Virus record (IMG/VR): IMGVR_UViG_3300035698_019443
Coordinates: 32,001 to 96,000 of that record
Reading direction: 5' to 3' (one strand)
DNA length: 64,000 nucleotides
Origin: a virus
Under the pieces are notes generated by a model, which saw only the letters and a program-made list of their open reading frames with translations, did not search any database and was not told the DNA's origin. This document shows positions 1 to 7,548 of the stretch, piece by piece; positions within the stretch are counted from its first letter, which is position 1, and every line of letters starts with the position of its first letter. Both the position numbers and the translations under genes were made by a program.

Positions 1-137
1 TTTGGGATCGGCACAGAGTTCGAGTGCCACCTCGACTCGCTCGACGAGAGGTCCGAGCCTCACGGGTTGGACGCCGCCGCGTCCTTTCATCTGCACGAGG
101 TCAGTTGGCAGGAGCCCGAGGCGTGGTGGGGGATCGC

Positions 138-332
138 ATGACTGACCTCACGCCATACGAGAAGAAGGACGTGGTCATGGTCCTCGGCGCGATTCGTGAG
201 CTGGCGACGCGCAGCGTGGACCACGGCGTCGCGGTCGCCGGGGAGCTCCCCGGCCTCGTCCACGCTTTTCGCCGCGTGCTCGACGCCGCGGCGGATCTAT
301 TGCAGGCGGAAGCCCAACGGAGAGCGAAATGA
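138..332 (+). CDS. small hypothetical protein
   Basis: ATG at 138 within ORF 24..332; its stop overlaps the next ATG (ATGA). Confidence 0.5.
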   Translation: MTDLTPYEKKDVVMVLGAIRELATRSVDHGVAVAGELPGLVHAFRRVLDAAADLLQAEAQRRAK

Positions 333-1336
333 CCGTGATCTACGCCCCCGACGGGATCTACAATCCCGCGTTTCGTGACCTGTCCAACATGAACTTCTGG
401 CAGGACGAGGACGTGCTCGCCTGCGTGGGGCGCATCACCAAGTTCTTCAAGCAGGGGAGTATCGAGACGGTGTACACACTGCTCTCGGTCGACCACGCGG
501 TCATCGTCGTTGCAGCGATGGGGGCACAGTGTCGGGTCGTCCTCTACCCCTCGCCAACTATCGAGTGGAACAAACAGTACCGCGCGGTACGGCAGCTCGT
601 GCGCGGCGTGCTTCGCCGCGTCCAGGCGAAGGAGCCGTCGGCGTTCATCGTCGAGAGCGTCGAGGCTCTACGTCGACAAGCCTACGAGGCGGGGTGCGAG
701 CGACTCATTATGTCCAACAGCTGGATGGCGCGCCAGGGGCACAGTATCGCGTCTGTCTCGCCCTCCGCCCAGTGGTGGGGCGATGACGTACTCACCCCCG
801 AAGAGCTCGAGAAGCGAGACGCGAGGGTCCGCCGACAACAGGAGCGCGCCGAGCAACAGCGAACGAAGCAGCGAGCCGCGGCAGCAAGGAGGCGAAAGGC
901 GAAGGCAAAGGAGGCAGCAGAGCTCGTGGCAATAGAAGCCGAGCGAAAGGCCGCGGCGGCGAGACGAAAGGCGAAGCCGAGACCGAAGCCCGCGCCACGC
1001 CAGGTCTATCGTCCCCCAGAGCCCTATTGCCGAGCTAACCACCCGTTCGGCGACACGAAGGGGGCTGCGCTAGCTGCGGAGAGGACAGACGAGAAGGTGC
1101 TCGCTCTCATCAATCGAGTGGACGAGCATCGGACCCCATTCACGCCGTGGGTCGGCGGACGAGGGGGGCAACTTCATGGCACGCCAGAGCAGCGGCAGAG
1201 GTTGGCCCAGGCGTGCGAGAAGCTCGATCGACACCCCATCGGGAGTACAGAGTTTGCGCTTTGGCCCAAGCTAGAAGAGCCGCAGTACGCGGACGATTAC
1301 ATCAACAGCCTCGGGAACGACGGCTACTACTGGTAA
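329..1336 (+). CDS. hypothetical protein with central charged (K/R/A/E) helical segment
   Basis: 335-aa ORF, coupled to upstream ORF, ends 16 nt before the RAMP gene; no family recognised. Confidence 0.7.
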   Translation: MTVIYAPDGIYNPAFRDLSNMNFWQDEDVLACVGRITKFFKQGSIETVYTLLSVDHAVIVVAAMGAQCRVVLYPSPTIEWNKQYRAVRQLVRGVLRRVQAKEPSAFIVESVEALRRQAYEAGCERLIMSNSWMARQGHSIASVSPSAQWWGDDVLTPEELEKRDARVRRQQERAEQQRTKQRAAAARRRKAKAKEAAELVAIEAERKAAAARRKAKPRPKPAPRQVYRPPEPYCRANHPFGDTKGAALAAERTDEKVLALINRVDEHRTPFTPWVGGRGGQLHGTPEQRQRLAQACEKLDRHPIGSTEFALWPKLEEPQYADDYINSLGNDGYYW

Positions 1337-1352
1337 CGAAGGAGAGAGAACG

Positions 1353-2219
1353 ATGACGAAAGAGAAGACGATGGTCGAGAAGAAGATCAAAGAGACCGCA
1401 GCGATGGCAGCTACTCGACGGCTCGAACGATCCCGCGGCGTGCTCGTGCATCCCGCAGACCTGCTCGGCGCGACCTACGACGAGGCCGACAAGCTCTACG
1501 CGATCTACGAGGTTGGGATCAAGTTCCGCGATCGTTGCCTCGGCGGACGACCGAAGCTCATCGACGTCGCGATGGCGGCGCTCGAGGCGAAGGCACGAGC
1601 GGGCAAGATGCCAGAGGACGTCCTAGAACGAGCGAAGGCCGACATGCGCGAAGCCTACACCGACGCCGAGAAGGCGCGAGAGAACGGCGACGTCAGCGAC
1701 GAGGCCTACGAGCTCGACGGGGCGAAGGACTCGATGAGCCAGGCGTGGAACGGTTTCTACTACGACGGCGTCGGGATCTATCTCGAGCAGCGCGTCATCA
1801 AAGCCTGCCTGAAGTCCTGCTTCACGCAGCTCGGCATCTTCAAGACGAAGAAGGTCGGACCTGGGGGGACTGTCGGGGCGAAGCAGACGCACAATACAGG
1901 GTTCTTCGTCTGCCCTGGCCGGGTCTACTTCGAGCGCGACGGCGAGATCCTCAAACGCCCCGATGGCTACGAGGACATGCCAGCTCACGTCACCGACCAA
2001 AAGACAGGAGCCCCTCGATCGATCCTCTCGCGCATCGACTACGTCACCGAGGCGGAGATGACCTTCATCGCCAAGCCGCTCATCGGGGGCGCCATCGACG
2101 AGCATGACCTCCTCCGTGCCCTCGCCCTCTCCCGCGACGTGGGGCTCGGCGCGAAGCGGTCGCAGTCCTTCGGTCAGTTCGAGCTCACAAAGGTCCAGCG
2201 TCTCGGCATCGGACGCTAG
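1353..2219 (+). CDS. stand-alone Cas7/Csm3-like RAMP-superfamily protein
   Basis: N-terminal strand plus glycine motif YEVGIKF..CLGGRP; GIYLEQRVIKACLKS sits where Cas7-group RAMPs have P(Y)IPGSSLKG.LR; C-terminal G-rich loop GLGAKRSQSFGQF followed by a final strand; GGAGAG RBS upstream. Confidence 0.8.
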   Translation: MTKEKTMVEKKIKETAAMAATRRLERSRGVLVHPADLLGATYDEADKLYAIYEVGIKFRDRCLGGRPKLIDVAMAALEAKARAGKMPEDVLERAKADMREAYTDAEKARENGDVSDEAYELDGAKDSMSQAWNGFYYDGVGIYLEQRVIKACLKSCFTQLGIFKTKKVGPGGTVGAKQTHNTGFFVCPGRVYFERDGEILKRPDGYEDMPAHVTDQKTGAPRSILSRIDYVTEAEMTFIAKPLIGGAIDEHDLLRALALSRDVGLGAKRSQSFGQFELTKVQRLGIGR

Positions 2220-2285
2220 ACGACCAACACGAACACGTAGGAAACGCGCGGATAACGACATGACAACGGTCAAACAACAAACCAC

Positions 2286-3140
2286 CGACCGACTTGACAT
2301 CACTTCGCCAGCCTACGCTTTCCAGCAGGCCGGACTACACCCCACCCTCCTTTCCTCGACGACTCGCCAGAGCGCTCTCCACCAAGCTGCGCCAAGCCTC
2401 GCTGCGCGACTACCTATTCCGACCTACTCTTCGCCCTACTATGCCAAGCCCTCCTCGCGACTTGCCAGACTAATCCGGGCTTCACTAGCCTCACCCGACA
2501 ACAGGCCAAACTCCTCTTTTCTCGCCTGCCTGCCGACTTGCTATTCTTCGCCTCACCGGCTCGTCCTGCCGACCTGCCATATCGCCCCCTTCACGCCTTT
2601 CGGCGAGCTCTTGCACACTGCTCTTTGCCGAACTATCGACAGACACACAAACCAAACCGTCCTGTCGACCAGCCGAGCCGTGCCCGGCTGTGCTCCCCTC
2701 CCGACTGGCTACACCCCTCTTCGCCTGCCTGGCCTTTACGACAAACACGACCGCACTACACTCTTCTGCGCTCTCGACTTGCCTCGCTCTTCTCTGCCTC
2801 GCTGCGCCGCCCCTCTCGACGGACCAAGCCGCGCCCCCCTTCGTCGACCTCGCGACAGGCCCGGCTACGCTACGCGCACCTTGGCTCCCGACTCACCAGG
2901 CCGCGCGGCGCTTTGCTACGCTGCCCCTACCCAGCCACGGTCTGCGCTCCACGGCTCTCGTCCGCGCTCCCGACTATCTTGTCTACCCCGCCCCCTACTA
3001 CAACGACGACAATCCAACCCCTCCACGCCCCGCCTCGACGACCTCGCAACTTGCCCGCTCCAGCCGAGCTCCGCTGTGCTCGACGACTGCACATACCCGT
3101 CTATGTCCACCTCTCGACGCACTGCTCTCTTCTGCGCTCT
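2286..3140 (+). ncRNA. putative guide-RNA array: CGAC-delimited ~36-nt units with internal (NN-NCY) 5-nt periodicity; transcribed strand inferred, not shown
   Basis: CGAC at 2420, 2458, 2496, 2534, 2570, (CGGC 2601), 2637, 2666, 2702, 2739, 2775, 2817, 2853, 2889, 2971, 3007, 3039, 3081, 3115. Example 2666: cgac ca gcc ga gcc gt gcc cg gct gt gct cc cct cc. Strong C-rich, G-poor skew; directly downstream of the RAMP gene. Confidence 0.75.
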
Positions 3141-3231
3141 GCGGTAATCCTTGATCCCCGCTCCCAGTCGTGTACGATCACGGCTGGGAGCGGAAGCCCC
3201 CACGAGGCGGAAGCCTGAAGGGAACGAGACG

Positions 3232-4227
3232 ATGGGGAAACGAAAGAACAAGAATCGGCGAAGAGGCAAGAGGCCAGAGAACGCGCAGACGAAAGATGCT
3301 GTGTCCGCGTCAGTTCGGGGCTATTTGCAAGCGGTAGAGTCGCATACAGTCGAGCCCATAGAGCAGATCTACCTTCTAGAGAAAAAGGCAACAAACGCGC
3401 TAACCGCTAGACTAACGAGCCACAAAGAAAGCGAGGCGAAAGAGCTAGCGGATGACGCAGACTTTCATCTGCGGACGGAGAGATCGTGGCCGTTCCCTTC
3501 GTTCATTATCTGTCTTGACGATCGGTTTATTACACGGAGGAGGAGCGTTGCTGCGTTTCTCCCTCCAAACGCCGAGCCGCGAGACAAGATCACCTGTTTG
3601 GGGTTTGTCTTCCAACCGGACCGCGTGTCCGCGCTGTTTCGAGTCGGCGCGGAGCCGCGTTTAGTTCCTATACGATCTAAGCAGGCGTGGCACAAATGGC
3701 CACGTAGTGGGTGGTTCTTCTACGCCTTAACTGCGACGGCTGCACTTCGTCGCGTGTGCTCGCGTCAAGTGCTTCCCCTATTCAGCCTAGCCGGCGTACG
3801 CTCCACCTCCGCGCATAACGTCGAGGCGAGAGAGGCGCTGCGTCCTCTACCCCTCCTGTACTACGAGACCAAGGAGCCCACCGGGTATAGCGTAAACGCC
3901 CCGCCCAACCTCGAGACGAAGGGGACACGAGCTCCGCTGCGGTACAGCTACATGCGGCGGAGCTCTGAGTCGGTCAAGGTGCGGCGAGGAGCTCTACCGA
4001 TCTCTGCCGTGGATCAGGCGGTGCTCGCCGATCTCGTCAAGCGGGGGTATCGAGTCTACGCCGAGCCCACGCGAACGATCCGCGAAGAGGACGCAGCGCG
4101 GCTCGAGCTCCGAGGGAAGCGGCTCAAGCACCAAGACGAGTGGCTCGCGATACTGGCGTGGTCCCGCAGAGCCACGCAGGTCAGGCCAGACCTCGAGCTC
4201 ATTCCATCAGTACGGAGGGTTGGATGA
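3232..4227 (+). CDS. hypothetical protein with basic N-terminus
   Basis: ATG at 3232 (MGKRKNK) in ORF 3151..4227; stop overlaps the next ATG. Confidence 0.65.
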   Translation: MGKRKNKNRRRGKRPENAQTKDAVSASVRGYLQAVESHTVEPIEQIYLLEKKATNALTARLTSHKESEAKELADDADFHLRTERSWPFPSFIICLDDRFITRRRSVAAFLPPNAEPRDKITCLGFVFQPDRVSALFRVGAEPRLVPIRSKQAWHKWPRSGWFFYALTATAALRRVCSRQVLPLFSLAGVRSTSAHNVEAREALRPLPLLYYETKEPTGYSVNAPPNLETKGTRAPLRYSYMRRSSESVKVRRGALPISAVDQAVLADLVKRGYRVYAEPTRTIREEDAARLELRGKRLKHQDEWLAILAWSRRATQVRPDLELIPSVRRVG

Positions 4228-4457
4228 GCCGCTGGCGACGAACCAAGAGACACCCCGAGGGGCTGTGCGACTGCGGGGCTCACTTTGTCCTGGGGGGCGA
4301 GCTCAGCAAACAGCCCACCGTGAAATGCCCTGGGTGTGACGCCGACCACGGGCTCGTGCTCGTCAAAGACGGAAGCAAGCTCGTTTCGCGGATACCTTCG
4401 AGGAAGAACCGACGGAAACAGCGACGGATACCCGCACCACGACCGCATAATACCTAA
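4224..4457 (+). CDS. small Zn-ribbon-like protein
   Basis: CDC...CPGC motifs; ATGA overlap with the upstream gene. Confidence 0.55.
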   Translation: MSRWRRTKRHPEGLCDCGAHFVLGGELSKQPTVKCPGCDADHGLVLVKDGSKLVSRIPSRKNRRKQRRIPAPRPHNT

Positions 4458-4485
4458 GAAACTCAATGATATCAAGTAGTTAGGT
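4452..4485. promoter_or_regulatory. AT-rich imperfect palindrome upstream of the serine recombinase (candidate binding or crossover site)
   Basis: ACCTAA-gaaactcaat-GATATC-aagtag-TTAGGT in an otherwise GC-rich background. Confidence 0.4.
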
Positions 4486-4546
4486 CTCTTTTCGTAGACA
4501 CAGAGGACCACCATAGGGTAGTGTACGGTAGGGCAGGAGGTCCAAC

Positions 4547-5272
4547 GTGGTACGAAAACAGACGCAAACCAGGGACGACCAGCGCGCGATCGGCTACGCG
4601 CGGGTGTCTACCGTCCAGCAAGCACAAGAGGGATACTCACTCGACGCGCAGCGCGAGAAGATCGCGACCTACTGCTCGATGCGAGACCTCGAGCTCGTCG
4701 ATGTCTTCAGCGACGAGGGGGTCAGCGCCTCGATCCCCTTCGCTCATCGTCCTGGCGGGACTCTCGCAGCCGAGACGTTGTCCTCTCACGGCGCGGGACA
4801 CCTCGTCGGGCTGAAGATCGATCGGTTCTTCCGCAACACCGTAGACTGCCTCTCGAGCATCTCTGTGTGGGATGACAGCGGCGTGGCGCTCCACCTCGTC
4901 GACATGGGGGGCCAAGCCATCGACACTTCCACGGCGATGGGGCGGTTCTTCCTGACAATGATGGCGGGCATGGCCGAGTGGGAGCGCAACGTCATCAGCG
5001 AGCGGACGATCATGGCGCTGCAGCAGAAGAAGGCCAAGGGAGACGACCTCGGGGCGGCAGCCTTCGGCCAGCGCTGGAACACGACGACGCACAAGCTCGA
5101 AGAGAACCTCGAGGAGGTCTTCGTGATCAGACGCATTCGAACGCTGCGGCGCAGCGGTCTGAGCTACGCGAAGATCGCGAAGCTACTGAACGACAACGGG
5201 GTGCCGGCACGACACGGCAAGTGGCACGTCAATACCATCGTTCGAATACTGAAGCGCCCGAGGGGTAAATGA
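4547..5272 (+). CDS. serine recombinase (resolvase/invertase family) with C-terminal DNA-binding domain
   Basis: IGYARVST catalytic Ser motif, SLDAQ, DEGVSA, KIDRFFR, AEWER..ISERT; C-terminal GLSYAKIAKLLN..G.P..GKW; GGAGG RBS. Confidence 0.93.
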   Translation: MVRKQTQTRDDQRAIGYARVSTVQQAQEGYSLDAQREKIATYCSMRDLELVDVFSDEGVSASIPFAHRPGGTLAAETLSSHGAGHLVGLKIDRFFRNTVDCLSSISVWDDSGVALHLVDMGGQAIDTSTAMGRFFLTMMAGMAEWERNVISERTIMALQQKKAKGDDLGAAAFGQRWNTTTHKLEENLEEVFVIRRIRTLRRSGLSYAKIAKLLNDNGVPARHGKWHVNTIVRILKRPRGK

Positions 5273-5301
5273 GACCACGCCGTGGCCGAGGAGAGTGGGG
5301 G

Positions 5302-5619
5302 CTACTGAATGAGACGCTGGGTGGGCGCGGGGTCTTCGTAGATCTCGACGATGACGCCGACGTCCTCTGCGTTGAAGTAGCAGGCCTTGGCCGGTTCCGG
5401 CGGAAGAGGTGCGGGCCGAGGCTGTTCCGCTTGCGCGACGAACCAGAGCTCCTCGATCTCGGGGTTCTTTCCAAGCATCCCCTCGAAGTGGACCGGCCCG
5501 TCAGTGGCGCGGCCATCTGACCCCGACGCGAACCCCAGTGCCACGGCGGGCTTGATGTAGACGACTACGGGCTGTCCGTCGAGCTTCTCCATCAGTGCCT
5601 CTACGGTCTCTTTCCTCAT
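5302..5619 (-). CDS. hypothetical protein
   Basis: 105-aa ORF with AGGAGG RBS, coupled to the upstream gene. Confidence 0.6.
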   Translation of the reverse strand: MRKETVEALMEKLDGQPVVVYIKPAVALGFASGSDGRATDGPVHFEGMLGKNPEIEELWFVAQAEQPRPAPLPPEPAKACYFNAEDVGVIVEIYEDPAPTQRLIQ

Positions 5620-6200
5620 GCGATCCTCCTGTTGGGCGGTATCCCAAAGATGTTCCCCTCGATGTTCACCAACGAACCGGGGAAGTCGAATGCCGCGAAG
5701 TCTACCATCTCGGGCACGGGGTTCTCAAGAGTCCCGGCCCAGAAGTCGTCGACGACGCTTCTCGTCGTCTGCGGGATAGAGGACCAACCGAGCGTTCGGA
5801 TGCGAGCTCGGCGGGCCTGTTGTGCTGCCGTCCCCCGGTTCTCCCAGATCGGGTTGACCGGCTGTGAGTAGGCTCGAATGATGCCGGTGAAGGTCGACAT
5901 GCGTGGGGGGCTCGACCCGACGAGCATGAGGTTCTGCGCCATCGCCCAGGTGACCGCCGCCGCCGCCCGCCTGTTTGTCCCGCCAGACTCGCCTACAATC
6001 GCTCGAGCGAGCCAGAGCTTGTCAGCGTTCGTCAACGGGATTGGATCGCCCACAGGGCCATGCAGCGCCCCACCCTGAACATAGACACGCCCCCTCGTTG
6101 GTGTCGTGCCCATCTTGCCGATCGTCCCTCGGACCCGCGAGAGCCCAAACAGCCCTAGCCCTGTGAGGCCGGCGACGAGCGTCCACCAGTACCGCGTCAT
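5616..6200 (-). CDS. membrane-anchored SleB/Hydrolase_2-like cell-wall hydrolase
   Basis: N-terminal TM (YWWTLVAGLTGLGLFGL); LARAIVGESGG...AAAVTWAMAQN...YSQP resembles LAR.I..EA.GE..AVA.V..NR. Confidence 0.6.
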   Translation of the reverse strand: MTRYWWTLVAGLTGLGLFGLSRVRGTIGKMGTTPTRGRVYVQGGALHGPVGDPIPLTNADKLWLARAIVGESGGTNRRAAAAVTWAMAQNLMLVGSSPPRMSTFTGIIRAYSQPVNPIWENRGTAAQQARRARIRTLGWSSIPQTTRSVVDDFWAGTLENPVPEMVDFAAFDFPGSLVNIEGNIFGIPPNRRIA

Positions 6201-6586
6201 TCTTCCTCCGCCTCGGTTGTCGCTTCGTAGCTCTCGGCCCGCATCCAATCCAGTGCTTTTCGTTGTGCCCCTGGTCCGCGAAAGACCGGACCTACCATTG
6301 CACTCTCGTCGGCCAAGAATCGTTGGCTGCGCCAGGAGTCCGCGTCGTAGTCAAAGCGGTAGAGCTTGCCGACCGCTTCGCCCTCAAAGATGATCCAGTA
6401 GCCCTCATTGACCTCGCCTTCGCCCTCGTCCTCCTCGTCGTCCCAGTCGGGCTCGAGGGAGAGTTTCCCTACGAGGCGCTCGCCCCCGTAAGGGAGTATA
6501 GTCGAACTGTCGCTTCGCTTGGACGCGATCAACCACACAAGACCGCCGCCTGCGCCGAGCATCACTATGTCTCGTAGGGTTCCCAT
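6197..6586 (-). CDS. hypothetical protein with N-terminal TM
   Basis: IVMLGAGGGLVWLIA followed by an acidic linker. Confidence 0.6.
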   Translation of the reverse strand: MGTLRDIVMLGAGGGLVWLIASKRSDSSTILPYGGERLVGKLSLEPDWDDEEDEGEGEVNEGYWIIFEGEAVGKLYRFDYDADSWRSQRFLADESAMVGPVFRGPGAQRKALDWMRAESYEATTEAEEE

Positions 6587-6588
6587 GG

Positions 6589-6807
6589 CTATCGCCCCAA
6601 GTTCAGGGGGCGGTCTTCGATGCCCGTCAGGGTCTTGTAGATCGGGATGCCGAACATGAGCAGGAGGAAGAAGACGGAGGCGCCCGCGAAGGCGACGCCG
6701 CCGATCGACCCGAGGTCGCCGAGTGACCCGAGAGAGTCACGGCGCTGATAGGGGTTGCTCCGTCGAATGCGGTAGCGGTTGCGATCGCTGACTCTATTGT
6801 CGTACAT
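6589..6807 (-). CDS. small membrane protein with LGSLGDLGSIGG motif
   Basis: 72 aa: basic N-terminus, Gly motif, TM; AAGGAG RBS. Confidence 0.65.
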   Translation of the reverse strand: MYDNRVSDRNRYRIRRSNPYQRRDSLGSLGDLGSIGGVAFAGASVFFLLLMFGIPIYKTLTGIEDRPLNLGR

Positions 6808-6819
6808 GGTTCCTCTCCT

Positions 6820-7098
6820 TTATGCTACGCAGGATCGGATGGTTCGAGCTCCATCTTTGTACCCGCTGGCGTACATCTCTTGCATATGCTTGTCGTGACT
6901 ACGAGCCATCATCTCCGCAGTGTTCGATGACGTTGTGCTCAACAGCACGACTTCTTCGGGGAAAGAGAGCCCTTCGAGCCTGTCGGGGCTGTTGGGGTCC
7001 GCTCGACGTACCCCGTCGTAGAACCCTTCGGTATACGCCGCGTGTGCGTAGGGTCGAATGAGGTCGAAGATATCGTCGAGGGCTACTTCCATGGGCAT
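6820..7098 (-). CDS. hypothetical protein
   Basis: 92-aa ORF with AGGAG RBS. Confidence 0.55.
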   Translation of the reverse strand: MPMEVALDDIFDLIRPYAHAAYTEGFYDGVRRADPNSPDRLEGLSFPEEVVLLSTTSSNTAEMMARSHDKHMQEMYASGYKDGARTIRSCVA

Positions 7099-7116
7099 CG
7101 CAGACTCCTATCGAAT

Positions 7117-7548
7117 TTAGTCAGGGGCACGGACTCTACCGCGCTGCCTAACGATGAGCCCCTCTCCGGCTAGTTGCGTGAGGACCGCCGTCAGAGGAAC
7201 CAACTTGTTTTTGTGCTGGGCGAACTCCTCGTCGATCTTGTCCATCTCGTCGTTGTCCGCGATCCAGGCGAGAACGAAGCGCCGAGCTTTCTCCCAAGCG
7301 GCGGGCTCGCGGTCCTCGTAGATCTTCTCGGTGGACCAGTCCCAAACACCCTGCCAGAAGGCCCGGTCCCAGACGGGCATCGAGGTCTCACGGCGGTTGA
7401 ACGCGCCGCCCGCCCAGAGCTTTCGATCTGCGGACAACTGTAGCCGATCCGGGGAGCTCGACGCCGCTGACGCCCAGTCCCGCCCCTTCTCGTACCGCTT
7501 CTGGTTCTTCGTGGATCTCATCGAATGGGGCCAAAGGCGTCGACCCAT
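7117..7548 (-). CDS. hypothetical protein, possible C-terminal winged helix
   Basis: 143 aa ending LTQLAGEGLIVRQRGRV. Confidence 0.5.
   Translation of the reverse strand: MGRRLWPHSMRSTKNQKRYEKGRDWASAASSSPDRLQLSADRKLWAGGAFNRRETSMPVWDRAFWQGVWDWSTEKIYEDREPAAWEKARRFVLAWIADNDEMDKIDEEFAQHKNKLVPLTAVLTQLAGEGLIVRQRGRVRAPD

Noticed and set aside
2286-3140. Canonical CRISPR array or simple satellite
   Set aside because: There is no 23-47 nt identical direct repeat; only CGAC and the triplet scaffold recur, and no two units are copies of each other
2104-3218. Long ORFs across the array (2104..3147, 2538..3218, 2690..3154)
   Set aside because: All three + frames are open over long stretches because the C-rich periodic sequence rarely forms stops. 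The translations are low-complexity and a 5-nt period does not fit codon structure. Translation from ATG 2260 is not strictly excluded.
4547-5272. IS607-type or Tn3 transposon
   Set aside because: No N-terminal MerR HTH, no tnpB or tnpA neighbour and no terminal repeats seen
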